Below are positions 12,381 to 26,800 of a stretch of 64,000 bases of DNA, one piece after another (the stretch's first letter is position 1; the number at the start of each line of letters is the position of its first letter). The translations under genes and the position numbers were made by a program. This stretch comes from Perna viridis (lineage: Eukaryota). The stretch covers positions 11,842,001 through 11,906,000 of the forward strand of contig CM074517.1 of NCBI GenBank assembly GCA_037379345.1, given 5' to 3'. The notes beneath the pieces were generated by a model, which worked only from the letters and a program-made list of their open reading frames with translations, searched no databases and was not told where the DNA came from.

Positions 12381-15300
12381 GTAAGTCTGGTTCTAATTTC
12401 ATTTTCATTTAATTTACCGAATTCCCGATGGAGAACGTTTTGAAATCCGAAAACCGATCTAAAAACGCTGCACTTTACGATGCAAAACTTTCTACTTCAC
12501 GCTTTTAGTTTACACATTTATTATGTAGAAAAATATATTTATCATTTTTTTTCGATACTTTTACACGAAATGATGTTGTGCTATTAATATTGAACTCATC
12601 GTTCTGTAGGTAATAAATTTCCAAGCATTTGAATGGTAGACTAGTACCCACTCTCATGAAATCACGGAGTCACATGTCGAGACTTACATACCCTATTTTT
12701 TAACGATTTATCCTGTTAAATATTTAAAACTTAATTTTTCGCTCAAACAATTCAAGAAAAAAAATAATATTTTGCATTGTCTTTCATCAGTGTAATTATA
12801 GATTAAACATTAAGATCAAATCGTGCTTCTGTGTTCTCTGAAATGAAGATGTGTGATATCTTGATTCACATCATATTTTTGTTGTAAATTAATTGGTGCA
12901 TAAATCAAGAACAAATTTATTTTAGATTTCACAAAGTATCAAGTATCAGAGCAGATATTGAAACTTCTAAATCGTTTAATAGGACATTAACTTTCAACTT
13001 ATTTTGCTTATGTCTTTTTAAACTTTATTAAATAAAGTTCTCACACTTGCAAATTTTTTCTTACAACAACATAGATCACACTTTTTTTCTGAGAAAATAT
13101 TACAAGGCAAATTTCAAACCATATAAGAATCATATCTTTTTGATAAAAAAAAGAATTTTATAGATATACACATTTGTTTTTTTTGAAACAGTTAACTTTT
13201 GCATGTTTGATGGCTCAGTATAATTCCAATAGTTGAAATAGAAACAATTACGGAAACCGTTGACAATACTGCAAAACTTCAAAAAAAAAGAGAGTGCCAA
13301 ATGAATATGGTGTCTACCATTGAGTAAATTTTCCGAAAACCACATTTGTTTTCTTTAATCAATAATGATTCCTAAAACAATTTACTTAACCTACAATTCA
13401 GAATACTGGTAAACAATTTTACCAGAACAGCCATCAATAGCGATAATATGCATTTCTCCGTAATTTTTTTGAGAACTGTAATAGTTCAAAAATGCAAATG
13501 AATGATTATGGAATTCACCCAAATCAAATACGTATCGGGAATGGAATCTGTGAATATGTCAGAGATAGCAACCCCAAACAGGAAAAATGTTAACCCAAGT
13601 CCCTCATTTGGCTTCAATTAACGAAGCGGGAAACCCTCACACCACAGGCTGCAGCTGACACCAAAACAACATTATATTAAGGTACATCGGAATACCTGCC
13701 CCTGTTTACTCCAAAAACATGAAAGTAAACTGAAAGTGAAAAAGAATCAATACATACAGAGGCTAAAAAATTCGGACAGGCGCAAAAAAATTGGCTGGGT
13801 TAAAGTACTCAACATTGAATATTTAACGTTTACGACTATAGATTGGTCAGCTAATGTCTTTATACAGTCATGTACAACTTTCATGATTTGCGCATGCTTT
13901 GACATTTTCTTAAAAACATTTTAAGGCTTCAGCTTGTGTGATTTCGATGTTGAATTATTTTTTTGTTCCAACTGATGAGAAATTGGGTTGTCGTTTCTGT
14001 TTTTGGTTACAGCATGTAGCTCTAAAAAATAAGAATAATTTGTTAAATTTTATGCAAACATTATTTACATCGTAATTCGGAGTAACAAATAAATCTGTGA
14101 TCGACACTATGAAACTATCAGCACTTATGATTCCCGAACAATAAGGTTTGCTTTTGGTTAACTCTAATTTCATTCTGCCTTACTTGAAAAAATATGCCAG
14201 AAATTGTAGACAAAATAAAGTTTAGCTTCGGGCATATGACATATATTTCTTCTTATTTTGCAGATTTCAATGAAAGTTGATCTATGTCATTAGACTAATT
14301 ACAAAAAAAAATTTAAAAAATGTGACTATTAGGGCTGACAAAGATATGATTTTTTTTTAAGAATGACAGTCGTATAATATTTTTTTCTTATTTTCTACAA
14401 ATTCAATGCATTGCTGGTTATTATTTCGATGTCAAAAATATACATAAGTAATACAGCACAAAATATAAGTAACTGAAAGTGGTGTTGATGATAGAAAAAT
14501 GAATTTCAGGAGTTACTATAGTAAATGGGCTGGGAGAGTCCACTGTGCACCCCCATCCCACTCATCAACTTCATGGTGATTTTAGGTACCTTTATACCTC
14601 CCATTACCAAATCAATTTGTCGCCAAAGAATATTCTTGGATTCTTTTTCAAAATAAGCCTATATTTGTAACCCATTGGGTAAAAAAGCCAAGATTTTTGT
14701 GACAACTGTTTGATACCGAGACCAGTTTTCTAGGGATAGGGGTAATACTTTCAACATTTTTAAAAAATCCTTTCTTGAAAAGTAGTCTTTCGCAGTTTAT
14801 TTCTGTAGAAAATTAAATTATGTATCGAGTGATACCAAATTTAAGGCGTTTTAGTTGAGCAATAACTTGAAAAGTCGAATTTATGTGACTTTGACCGAAA
14901 AATCGAAAATCCCATTTTTCTCATTTTTTGATAAATTCTGACTACGAAAATCGACAAGAATCATCAAAAGAACCCCAGAAGTGTACATTTTGCTAATAAT
15001 AAACAGAAAATACCAAATAAGCCATTTTTACTAATTAAATAAAAGCATAGATAATCTAACCCCCCTAACAAATTCGAATCACTTCGTGATCCTCACCGAT
15101 GATCCTGTCAAGAATTTCTCCCTTACCTAAAACTCTGGATCCGCCACTGCGTCAGCTACTTTTCCTTCGGTGGGGGGGTCGTTTTAAGTTTTCACTTTCT
15201 AATAAGGATTATAAAAAGTGTGTTGTAGATGTGTTTACTGATCTGTGAAACAAAACGCTATCACTTTAACAAACTTATTTACCAATAAATATTTGAAATA

Positions 15301-16830
15301 AAAAAAACAATTCTGTTTCCATTATCAGGCGTCATTTTTCTCAATTTATTTTGAGCATTTTTTCTACCGAAAGTTACTTCTTTACAATTAAAAAACGTTG
15401 AAGTCAAATTGGGTTCTTTGACTTGAAAATTTGTTGAACATTGACCAATCAGAGAACTTCATATAGAACGTCATATTTGTTTCTTGTTCCTTCGTGTTTA
15501 CCTAATTAGAACAAACCACACTTTAGGGAGTACAATCCCATGAAGGTAATTATTCACGGATGTAGGGACGACGTTTCAATGAAAAACTTTTATTGATAAT
15601 TAAACCTGAGATTCAAATCGCATACATCACAATATAGATTTATTGTTTCTAATTATCTGTTTGGTCTTTGTTACCAACCATTAGAAAACATTATTCTTAC
15701 GCAAACAAAGAAAAAATGAAACAATTTGGAGACGTAACAATAGTTTTCTGGTTTACCAAGAATTAAGCTTTAAGACATTTTTTTCTCTAGAAATTGAACT
15801 TATAATTCGCACTATTGTTATTTGTTTATGCTGAAAACCGTTATTTTCAACGACGTCCGAGTAAAAGTACTTTTCAAATGATTATAAGACCAAGTTTGAT
15901 GAAACACCTTAACGAAAGTTTTTCTTACGATTTTTCGTTGATATTTAAACGATTCTGGGAACGATTAAACTTTTCCTGAAAATAGTTTGGGTTTGATTTC
16001 ATTTCTTTGATTACGGTGTTATTACCTAACACATTACTCGCTGTCATGGATGCGAAAATTTTTACCAAGCATGTGCACAATAAAATTCAAGGTCAGTGGA
16101 GTTCCTCCGGTGTACTGTTCTAACATGTATTTACATGAAAAGTCGTGGTTTGGTGCGTGGTAAAGTATGGTAAAATATCGGCAAAAAATACCGAAGCGTG
16201 AACATTAATGGTACAATTCAGATGCGTCAAAATTCAAATATATGACCAGAACGTCGAAACAGGAAACAAAGATGAACTACTAACACAACGTAGCGAACCG
16301 AAAAAATAAGTATAAAAATTGAAGATAAGAAAAACACCTGACGTAACACAAAAACCAAGGCAATAGCAATATGAACTCCCACAAAAAATAAAAGTGACAT
16401 CAGGTGCTTCGGGAGGGTATTAAGTATGTTCTGCTCCGTCGGCGGAGTAAAAGCTTACAAGTACAATAACTTGTATAAAAGTTCACGCCTGATAGAACAA
16501 TTAACGTTATAATAAACAAATTAAAACCCTTTTACTTGATAAAGTGAATTTCGAATTTCGTTTTTTTTTTATCCTTGAAATTTGCGTTATTTACAAAATG
16601 CAAATCTTATTCCATTTTCGTTGTGCTGTACACGTGTCTGAAGGAGAAACCTCCCATCAAAAGTACAGAGGAAGATCAAGTATTGAAAAATTAAAACTAG
16701 GAGTAATAAAAAGCAAAAATGTCCAAATAAAAAAAATTATCAGGCACCGAAAAGATCTACCATGGCCAATACATGTACATGCAATGATGTTTCAGAGGTT
16801 TTATGATACTGCAAATTTCGGTAAAAACGT

Positions 16831-17721
16831 AGATATAACTCATGTAAAGTCAGATAAGTAGATATAACTCAGGTAAAGTCAGATAAGTGGATATAACGCA
16901 GGTAGTCAGATATGTTGATATAACTCAGGTAATGTCAGATAAGTAGATATAACTCGGGTAACGTCAGATAAGTGAATATACCTCTGGTAAAGTCAGATAA
17001 GCAGATGTAACTCAGGTAAAGTCAGATAAGTGGATATAACTCCGGTAATGTCAGATAAGTGGATGTAACTCAGGTAAAGTCAGATAAGTAGATATAACTC
17101 AGATAGAGTCAGATAAGTGGATATAACTCGGGGAAAGTTAGATAAGTGGATTTAACTCAGGTAAAGTCAGATAAGTGGATATAACTCAGGTAATGTCACA
17201 CAAGTAGATATAACTAAGGTAGTCAGATAAGTGGATATAACTCAGGTAAAGTCATATAAGTGGATATAACTCAGGTAATGTCAGATAAGTGGATATAACT
17301 CGGGTAACGTCAGATAAGTGGATATAACTCAGCTAAGGTCAGATAAGTGGATATAACTCAGGTAATGTGACATAAGTAGATATAACTCAGGTAAAGTCAG
17401 TTAAGTGGATATAACTCAGGTAAAGTCAGATAAGTAGATATAACCCGGGTAACGTGAGATAAGTGGATATAACTCAGGTAGAGTCAGATAAGTGAATATA
17501 ACCCAGGTAATGTCACATTAGTAGATAAAACTAAGGTAGTCAGATAAGTGGATATAACTCGGGTAAAGACAGATAAGTGGATATAACTCAGCTTAGGTCA
17601 GATAAGTGGATATAACTCAGGTAATGTGACATAAGTAGATATAACTCAGGTAAAGTCAGATAAGTGGATATAACTTGGGTAAAGTCAGATAAGTGGATGT
17701 AACTCAGGTAAAGTCAGATAA
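16831..17721. repeat. Tandem minisatellite, 29-bp unit, ~31 copies
   Basis: Consensus GATATAACTCAGGTAAAGTCAGATAAGTG repeated head-to-tail with point variants. Confidence 0.95.
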
Positions 17722-18220
17722 GAGGTAAATATAACACCTGTCCAAATCGAACGATAGAAAACTCTAAAGAGATTTTGAAAGGTTATACGGTACGTGGTTG
17801 AACTCATAAGCGATTTCCAGTTTTGTTGACCGCTCGTGATTGGATAAAACCGTTCGTCCAAAAAACCGAAGCAGAAATATGCAAATGAAGATGATACATA
17901 GAAAATTCATCTTTTATTGATGAAAATATTTGAATGAACAATATGCAAATGAACATAAAAGGAACATTCATCTATCATTGAAAACAATAGTTGCAGAATC
18001 AGAATGAGTATATTATTTAATGATTTGACAATGACGTTGTGACTAATATAGCTATGAATGAAACGAAGCAAGCTAAGAATTACGAGACAGTTCAATCACG
18101 CCACCGGACAGTGTATACATTTCAATAATTTGACCTGGACACCAAGACAAAAAAGATTTTACTGAATACCCACCGAAATATTTCAAAAAAATTTCGAAAA
18201 ATGTAATTAGCTCCAAAAAC

Positions 18221-18322
18221 TGTTTATGATTACATAGACAGCCAGTAGATCTGTTGGGGGGAGATTCGGCTGACGCATAATCCTCCAACAGAATCTACTG
18301 ACTGTCTAAATAATCATAGACA
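18221..18322. repeat. Imperfect inverted repeat (~38-bp arms), likely a palindromic end of a non-autonomous DNA element
   Basis: TGTTTATGATTACATAGACAGCCAGTAGATCTGTTGG ... CCAACAGAATCTACTGACTGTCTAAATAATCATAGACA. Confidence 0.7.
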
Positions 18323-21300
18323 TAGCTTATGACATATACATGTAATACTCTAATCTATTAGGTGTAATGAAATGGTTCTGGTCTTTTCCAGTATTTTCAG
18401 TGTTGGTTATGACACATTTCACTGTATAAGGTTGTACTCTTGTAAGTGTTACACGCAGTGGCAGTGTCGCTGTTGACGTGATTATGACGAAAAACGAAAC
18501 AAAATAAGATGATTAAAGTTACGTGCAGCACTAAAACAGCGATTGTTGTATCGCCGGGACAGGGTTTATAGATATTGAACTTTGACAAACAACGGATGTG
18601 AGGACTCATACTTCATCAAAATAGGAAGCAACGCTTTTATCGCTTAAGTCTGTTAAAGACTAGAATAGATACAAAAAGGGGGAATTGTCCAATCGTTTAA
18701 GATAAGGTGATTTAATCACACAATGCATTCTGTCATTGGAAAAGTAATGTCATACCTTTTAAGTATAAAATAATGCAACATGTGTGGGATCCTGCTGCAA
18801 ATATTGAGACAATAAATTAATTTGGGTATTCATGTAGAAAGAATACTTTACTTGTAAGATAGTTTGTGGAATGTTCACTTTAATAGTTGTACATGTATGT
18901 TTGAATATTTACACAGGGATAACCAACAGGACCAAGGATTAAGAATAATGGAATACATATGTTTCATTTAAGACGCTTTAGCAGTTGACAGAAACCGAAA
19001 TCATTTTCAATGATCATTTTAATGATGACACAGTACATTTTTTAAAGAAAAAAAAATAAAAATTGTGTAACGAACGTTTAGAACATTGTCTTATTGATAA
19101 CACTATTCTTCCGTCAACAAAGTTTACTTTGCGCAGAAGTGTATTAATGAAATTAAATTGCGCGGGTCTTTTCCAGTATTTTTTTTAAAGTACAGTTGTA
19201 TTTCGTAAAGATTGACTGATTTAGCTTGAGGTGTAGCAAGGAACCAATACAACAATTCGGGGAAACAAAGTATCAATATGAAAACTTGGACACTTTGGAT
19301 TCACCTTATTCGTCAGTTGTTCTTGGATCTCAATGATTGGATTGAGTGAGTGTGGCTTTATATAGGGCATACGTTGAAAGATATTTTGATTGCTGTTCGA
19401 TATCAACTTCCTAAACGAGTTGGAAAAAATTATTAATTCTGACTGTCCAGCTTAACTGTCTCGTATCATTTTGTGTGAGGAAAACTAAAAATTGTTTCTC
19501 ATTAGATTGAAATCGTGGCATGCATTTTTTTTTATTAATAAATTTATAATCTTCACGATCAATAACGAAATCAAGGAGTTAATTTGAAAAGTGAGAATGT
19601 GCCACTGGTTTGTCATCAATTATACTAGTATATAAACAATAAATCAAACCCTCTATTTACTTAGGAAACCAATAAGTGACTTCAGTAATATGATGTCTTT
19701 CTAGACCAATATTCATTGCAATATCCTAAATGAACAGCTGATTAAGGACATGACTTCCTAGGACATGCACGTAGAAAGATTTAGAATTTTGCTGGCTTCA
19801 GTTGTACCTTAAGTAAGAAAAAATGATTTATCACCTGTGTCGCCACAATAGCGAAATCAGAATTAAACGAATAACATGTCAGTCTTGTGTTGTTCATCTT
19901 TTCAAGAAAGTTATTCAGTGATGTAGTTCTTTGCAGTTACCCAAATTATATTTACACTGCATACAATTATAATATTCATGGGATAGGGTTCGATAAAATG
20001 ACAATGACCTGACGAACTCCCCAGTCTTTATGGTATACCCTATAATAAAGTTTCAAACGGTACACATCATGTTCCATGAAAGGGTAATTAAGGGAACAAA
20101 ATTCGAGCTATAATCAATAGAATATATTCTAAGGATAAAGACTAGACAGGAGAAATAGACACACACAACAAAGAACATTAAATAATCTTAATAACACGTA
20201 CAAACAAAATCTCTACAAATAACTAACAGCATTCCAAGTTGCATCGGTAGAAACATGCAAGCAGAACAAAAAGTTGAATTTAAATATCCGCCGAGTTGCT
20301 CATAAAATGTTAGGTCAGGGCTAGACGAAAGAGAAAAAGAAAAATATGACAGTTAACAAATCGGTTCTCATGGTGCAGACGTATACACCATATCGATCAC
20401 AAAGCCAGTTTTCATTTACAAACAGAGTAAACTTCCATGACCATTTGCAACTTACCTATGGCCAATATATAATGTAGCCACTATTTGATCTTACTTTATT
20501 ATGCTTACGGTGTACTTGCAGTCGAGAGCATGGTTAAAGGAGTGGAAAAAATTAACGCAAGCAAGCAAGGACTATGTATGATCATCGCAGTAAATGCATG
20601 TCCAAAAAAGATAATGCGTAAGTATATAAAACAAAACCATCCTTTTCCAATATCCTTAGCACTTAAGAACATTGATTCACCTCGGCGTGGAGGCGATTTG
20701 TGTAGTTAAAGTTGTTGTGACCCTTTTGAAGATAGAAGATTTATGGCAGTTTGCTTCACTTCACTCTGTTCCGATGCACTTTGCTCTCTAAGCACGGTAT
20801 CTTCATAACACTGTAGTTCGCTATATCAACGGTAACATAACATGCAAGGAGTACAAGACATTGAACTATGTTTTTTCTAACTAGCTATAAGAGTTTAATT
20901 GTTAACGACTGCGTGGTTTAAATAATAAAAATTTAATCGTCTGTGATATAAAAGAAGACCATAAGTATTCTAATCAAGAAACCATAAAGGGCATTATTTC
21001 ACAATAATAATATATACAATATAATTTGGAGAAACAAAAACAAATACAAATCAAAAATCTAACATGGTTCCATCAGATTTTAGGTAATATTTGCCCAGTA
21101 GAATACCTTGATTTTCGGCAAGTAACAAAATGTTTACACTTTACCGCATTCCATGTTCCTTACGTTTTATTAAGCAGAAGCAGACATTGTCATCTATGAT
21201 CACGGTTGTTTTGCCAATGAAATCAAGGGTATGCACGGTAAAAGCTCGAAGTTCACGGAAGAATGACGATGGGAACCAATCTTCCAAATTTTGGAATACG

Positions 21301-21356
21301 AATATAGATGATACTTTGTTACGTCACTTTGAAACGCAAATGTTGTAACAGCCAAT

Positions 21357-21392
<36 letters not shown>

Positions 21393-22004
21393 TTTCGTTT
21401 CGTTTTTTGTTTTTTTGTGTGTGTTTGTGTTTGCGGTCGTAGATCATATCATCTGATGATCCTATTTCTGAGGTGAAATAATTCGGTTTCAAAAGCTTAT
21501 GAAGTTATCTGGAGGAATTTTAACATGTTCTAAAGAGGTTAATGGAGTTTGGTGTTAAGCTTCCTTATGACGTTTTCTTTTTGACTGATGTCTATGACTG
21601 ACTCGAGGCAGAGTTAGGAGAATATATGGTGTGATTTCTCGAGTGTTTTGGGGACATATGCAATAATTACCGAATCAAAGATTTTAATTTGCAATATATT
21701 ATTGGTATTTATGTATTCAATTAATATACTTCTTCTACATGTAAAAAGCAGGTAGTGAGATAAAATTTAATGATCGGTGTAATCATGTTCGTTATGGAGA
21801 TGGCCTCTACAGTTCAAAGATACAGATCTGCAGTTAGGTGGATAGTATGTTCCTATTTGAATGTTGATTATTTGAGGCAAATTTTCCTTATATTAAACAA
21901 AATTGATTAAAAGTCAAGTCTTTTGATAACGTCCTCTAAAATCCATAAGCAGTTACTGTCTGGAATTATGTGGTTACTATAAGCAACGACGACAAAAATA
22001 TGAT

Positions 22005-22949
22005 TGATTGATTAATTGATTGTTGGGGTATAATGCCTAAGCAGCAATATTTCGGCTATAGGCTAAAAACCACTAATTCCACTTCCCATAGGCTTCTATG
22101 CTAATTTCACAATATTCAATGGCTTCTCTGGACTTGACCTTAACTTTAACCTGCAGAGGACTATATATCAGCATGATTCTACATATGTCAGCTCACAATC
22201 CTCAGAATGGCATGTGGGGTTAGCAGACTTGCAGTGCAGTACTGGTCACCGGAAGTGAAGGGTCTATAAATAGCATGGGAAATCCCAGTGTTTTCACAAG
22301 ATAGGGGTATATTTAAAAATCATTATGGAGATTAGGCTTCACATCACAAGAAGCAAAATGCACCTATAAAATGTACAGAAATGTTTTTCCTTTCAGAAAC
22401 TGTTTAAATTTTTTAAAAAAGATGAGAACTTTTTTCACAGCACTATGAGGAACAGGGGTAATTTCTGCGTAGGACTATTTTTGCGTACGTTCCAAATGCT
22501 CATTGGTTGAATTGGTGGTCTGTAACCTATATTCAGGCGATGAACATGAAACGGGATGACAAAATTATTATGAAATGAGGATGAAATGAAAATTGGTATG
22601 GGCACAAGGATAATGGGGTCATCAAATTTTGATAGCCACTGGAAAAAGGGAAAGGTGGGTAGTGTCGGACAGTTTAGCCTCCTGTTGCGGAGCACAAAGG
22701 TTCCTACTCCTATAGAATACCACAGCAAGGTTCTTTAACGTGCGAGGAACGTGGCACCTTTCCCAACACATTGCACCACTATGATTGCCGTCAGGTTTTC
22801 TGTATTATAGTCTGACGACCCCAGCATGTAGCATGCTATGGGTACCCCAATCCACCACCAGGGGCACTCAACCCAGTTGCTCTGTGAGCAGAGCGCCCTA
22901 GACACCGGGTAGGGTTCTTAACACTATTTGGTCTCCTTCTGCACAGGGC
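22005..22949 (-). mobile_element. Second copy of the SINE-like element, interrupted by a MITE
   Basis: 12-bp TSD CAAAAATATGAT (21993-22004 / 22950-22961). Aligns in reverse to 6190-6716. Same 5' start (GCCCYGTGCAG), with an internal deletion near the 5' end. Confidence 0.8.
22061..22527 (+). mobile_element. MITE with GG...CC termini and TATA target duplication
   Basis: Imperfect TIRs GGCTAAAAACCACTAATTCC / GGTTACAGACCACCAATTC. TATA on both sides; removing the element and one TATA restores the SINE tail. Further copies at 62977-63424 and 63935-64000. Confidence 0.85.
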
Positions 22950-23534
22950 CAAAAATATGATACTGGGCCGCACTGATTATTTCTTAGTTGTTTTTGTTTA
23001 CATGTTGTACGTACATTTGTACCATTTGTGTGAAATGCATGTACAAGTTTGCTGGTCGTGCGGCAAAGGACAAACTTTTCCTATAACTTTTACGTCTTTC
23101 GTCATTAGTATATATCTCAAAATAATTAGATTTTCCGTATTATAGAAATCAGAGCAAACCTAGTCGCGTTACATTGAATAAATGATGATTTTTCTACTTT
23201 TTTTTATCTTCGTCATTAAGTACTAACAAATGAATTTGATGATTTTATTCTTGAAAATTTAAATTTGATGATTTTACCACTTTTTATGTTTCGTGGTATA
23301 CTTCGGCACATACTAGTAAACTATTCATATGCATTTATCGACAGGCGATTGTTAAAATATTTTTTGCAAACATTAATAGATAAAAATACATAATTATTTT
23401 ATTTCCATTGTATTACAACAACCTAATAATGTATGGTGGACGATCGTCTACATTGAACACATGCAGTGGATATTATACTTTGGCACTGGTTACTAAATTT
23501 TGTTCATTTGATGTAATATTGTAGTAGAAGAAAT

Positions 23535-26182
23535 TTAGAGCAGGTCTTTCATTACTTTGGGGTCATCAGCAGTAAGCAATTTCACAATATCAATATGTCT
23601 TCCTTTCCAGGCCATTTGCCATGGAGTTGTTCCTTCACTATCAGTAGCATACGGATCGGCATCATGTTCTAGTAAAAGACTTACGGTGTTCAGATGGCCT
23701 TCCCGAGCAGCGACATGCAGCGGTGAACGGCCGTTATTGTCACACTGTAAGATGTCCGCTGATCCGTTCAAAAGAATTTTGACAATTTCAGTGTGACCTG
23801 ATTTACAAGCAAGAATAAGTGGTGTTTGGCCTGATATGTCACATTTTGACACGGGGAACTCGTGTTTCAACATTAACATAACAGAGGCGACGTGTCCAGT
23901 GTAACATGCAACATGCAAAGCGTTAAATCCCGCTTCATCACTTTTAGTCAAGTCACAGCCATCGCTGTTTCTTAGCAACAAGTCTACGACCTCCGTGTGA
24001 CTCCATCCAGCTGCAGCATATAATGGTAACCTCCCATGCGTATCACATAGAGTAATGTCTGCATTATTTTCTAGAAGCAGCCTCACGACAGAAGCATGTC
24101 CCCCTTCGCATGCCGTATAAAGAGGGGATCTACCATTCATATCTCTTTTCGATACGGATCCTCCATTCTGGAGTAAAATTCTTACAACTGCGGCATGTCC
24201 GCCTTCACATGCAAGGTGCATTGCAGTGCGCCTGTTGTTTTCACACAAGTGAATGTCGAATTTGTGTTCTATCAACAATTGCACAATAATATGATGACCC
24301 TGCTGACATGCGATGTGTAATGGAGAAAATCCATTCGTGGAACATTCCTGCAAGTTGAAATCTTTTTTGAATAGCAATTTCACAATACCAACATGTCCAT
24401 TTTTACAAGCGATAAAGAATGGAGACCGCCCGGCTTTATCACGTACAAACCCATCAGTCGTCTTTTGTAAGAGCAATTTTACGATTTTAGAGTGTCCCTG
24501 ATGGCATGAGATAAACAAAGGTGTCCGCCCGGCTACATCTGTCTTAGACGTATCAAATTTGGACTTGAGTAGTAAACTGACGATATCAAGATGACCTGCT
24601 TCACAAGACGAATATAAAGCAGACTGTCCCATCCAATTGCACAATGTAGTATCTGCGCCTCTATTCAATAACAGTTGCGCCACAGGAAGATAACCCAACG
24701 CTGCAGCAACATAAAGTGCAGATCTCCTGTATTTATCGCATAAGTTAATTTCACATTTGAAATCTAGTAACATAGCGACAATATCTGAATGCCCTTCAAA
24801 CGCCGACTCTATCAATGGCAATCTTATGTTCCTAAAATCATCTTCCTTGTAATACCGTTCTGAGAGCTGTTGACCCTCCTTTTCAATTTGTCTGAGTAGT
24901 TGTTCTATAAGGTTTTGTCTTGATTCACAATATGCTATGAATTTTGATCGATATAGCTGATAGTGTAACTGCTTGTTATGAAAGGCGCTGTATGTAATTC
25001 CCTTTCGCAAGTCCTCAATTAATCTGTTGAAATACTGTTCTTCTTCATCAACAGCTAAAAAGATAATATTTTCTTCTGAAAGGCATTTCGGTGCATCATC
25101 ATTAGAAATGTCGCTGGATGAATCGTCTGACATTGTTTCATCTTCTAAGGAATCAGACACTACTGACTCAAACCGGAAGCGATCGCCAACAAATGTACTA
25201 TCAGCATGATTTATAAAGCATTCTGACAAGTGCTGTCCACAAACGACTGCCCCGATATCGTAAATCTTGTCATGTATCATTCGATAGCTGTTCTCGGATT
25301 TCTTGATATAAGTCTTTAATAATGAATCTAAATGGTCTTTGAACTCTTTTCGCGAGGACTGAGTTCTAAGGTCAACACAACACTCCCTAGAAACATCAAT
25401 GATAGCTGAGGAAGTTTCTTGAGATCTCGAGTTCGGCTTCAGCCATTCAAATTTAAATTTGTTACTAAACAAAATTACCATAATAATAGCACAATATTGC
25501 ATTTTGTCTTTCTGTTGGATTTCTATCAAGTCCTCTCGTATGCCGTCAATTGGTTTTGAAAAAAACATCCTTGCATCAATATAGGGTCGTCTGTGATACA
25601 ATTTACACAACAGGGGGAAAAAGTCATACATTTCCATCAGATCTCTGATAGAATTACAAAGACTTTTTGGGAAGTATTTCTCAGCAATAAGCAGTCTTTC
25701 TTCTGGTAAAACCGAGAACTTTGGTGAAAGCAAATTGCATTCATTTGTGAAAAATTGCTTTAATCGCCTAAACTTCGGATCGTTATAAATTTGCAGACGA
25801 CACGATGCTAAAAGTTTCATGTGTCCTTTCGATAGTAATTTTTCTACTTGATTGAGATGAGTGTACCACCAATCCACGGTCTGGACATTTACTGTAACCT
25901 TGCCGCATATATCATCAATAATAAAAACTTGCTTCTTCTTAGGATCACAATATCTAATGATATCGGATAAATCAACTACAAACGGTATTATCTCGAATTT
26001 TCTTTCTTTTTGCATCTGTAATGCCACATGATGAATGAGCGCGGATTTCCCATTTCCCGAACTCCCGGTAACAACCACACAGTTAACCGTTTCTACCAAT
26101 TGAAGCACGTGCTTTGTTGCCCTGGTAACAAAATATCGTTCTTCTTCTATTTCCCAATCTTTGATACAGGCTTTGAAATGCT
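23535..26182 (-). CDS. CARD-CARD-STAND-ANK gene, coding exon 4: STAND P-loop NTPase (nSTAND3-like) plus 13 ankyrin repeats
   Basis: Acceptor TTTCAG at 26183. Walker A VVVTGSSGNGKS, Walker B VFIIDD, MHD-like YRMIHDKIYD. Thirteen ~33-aa TPLxxAxxxGHxxIVxLLL repeats. Stop TAA at 23535. Confidence 0.92.
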
Positions 26183-26680
26183 CTGAAACCAATAAAGTTA
26201 AATTGATTCCTAAATAACAATATAAATGATTCTCAAATACAGTTTGTATAAGGTTCACTATATGTTAGTCAGAATTATTCTTTGTGAGTTCTTTGTTGTT
26301 TGGATCAAAGTATATACTTATAAAGTTGTAGAATGTGCTAAATTCAAGAAATCCAAGAATAATACAAGTATATTGAGAAAATTATAATATGTTGAACATG
26401 AAGACCCTTCTGAAGGATGACTGTCTTAGTGGCAATCATACGACATCTCCTATTTCATATATATTCACTACGATCTCAAAAAGCAAGATAGAAGTTTGTG
26501 CATAGAAACAATATTTATTTATGTAAGATGAGATCGAAGGTGAACACATTCTTTACACTGAAATGAGTTCTTTTTTTTTTCTTGCTTGCTTGGTCATAAA
26601 TTTTATTTAACATGTTAACAGATTTGATAAAGTATAAAAAAAACTAAAGTAAATTAAATTAAAATATCAGATATATTTAC

Positions 26681-26800
26681 CTCTGACGCTAGCAGGTATG
26701 GGATCCTTTAGTTTTTCCACTTGTGTTCTTAGCATCTGATTTTCTGCCGAAAGTGCATCAAGTTTACAGGACAATTTGGAAAAGTTCTGACCCTTCTCGT
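26681..26800 (-). CDS. CARD-CARD-STAND-ANK gene, coding exon 3 (short coiled-coil linker)
   Basis: TAG acceptor and GTAAAT donor. 120 nt, phase 1-1, open frame DEKGQNFSKLSCKLDALSAENQMLRTQVEKLKDPIPASVR joins exons 2 and 4 in frame. Confidence 0.8.

Noticed and set aside
972-21348. Many 60-115-aa ORFs in the left third of the window
   Set aside because: No recognisable domains, AT-rich composition and overlap with repeats; consistent with chance ORFs.
26183-26258. N-terminus of the 907-aa ORF as listed in the ORF track
   Set aside because: It is intronic read-through upstream of the TTTCAG acceptor; the protein continues from exon 26800-26681.
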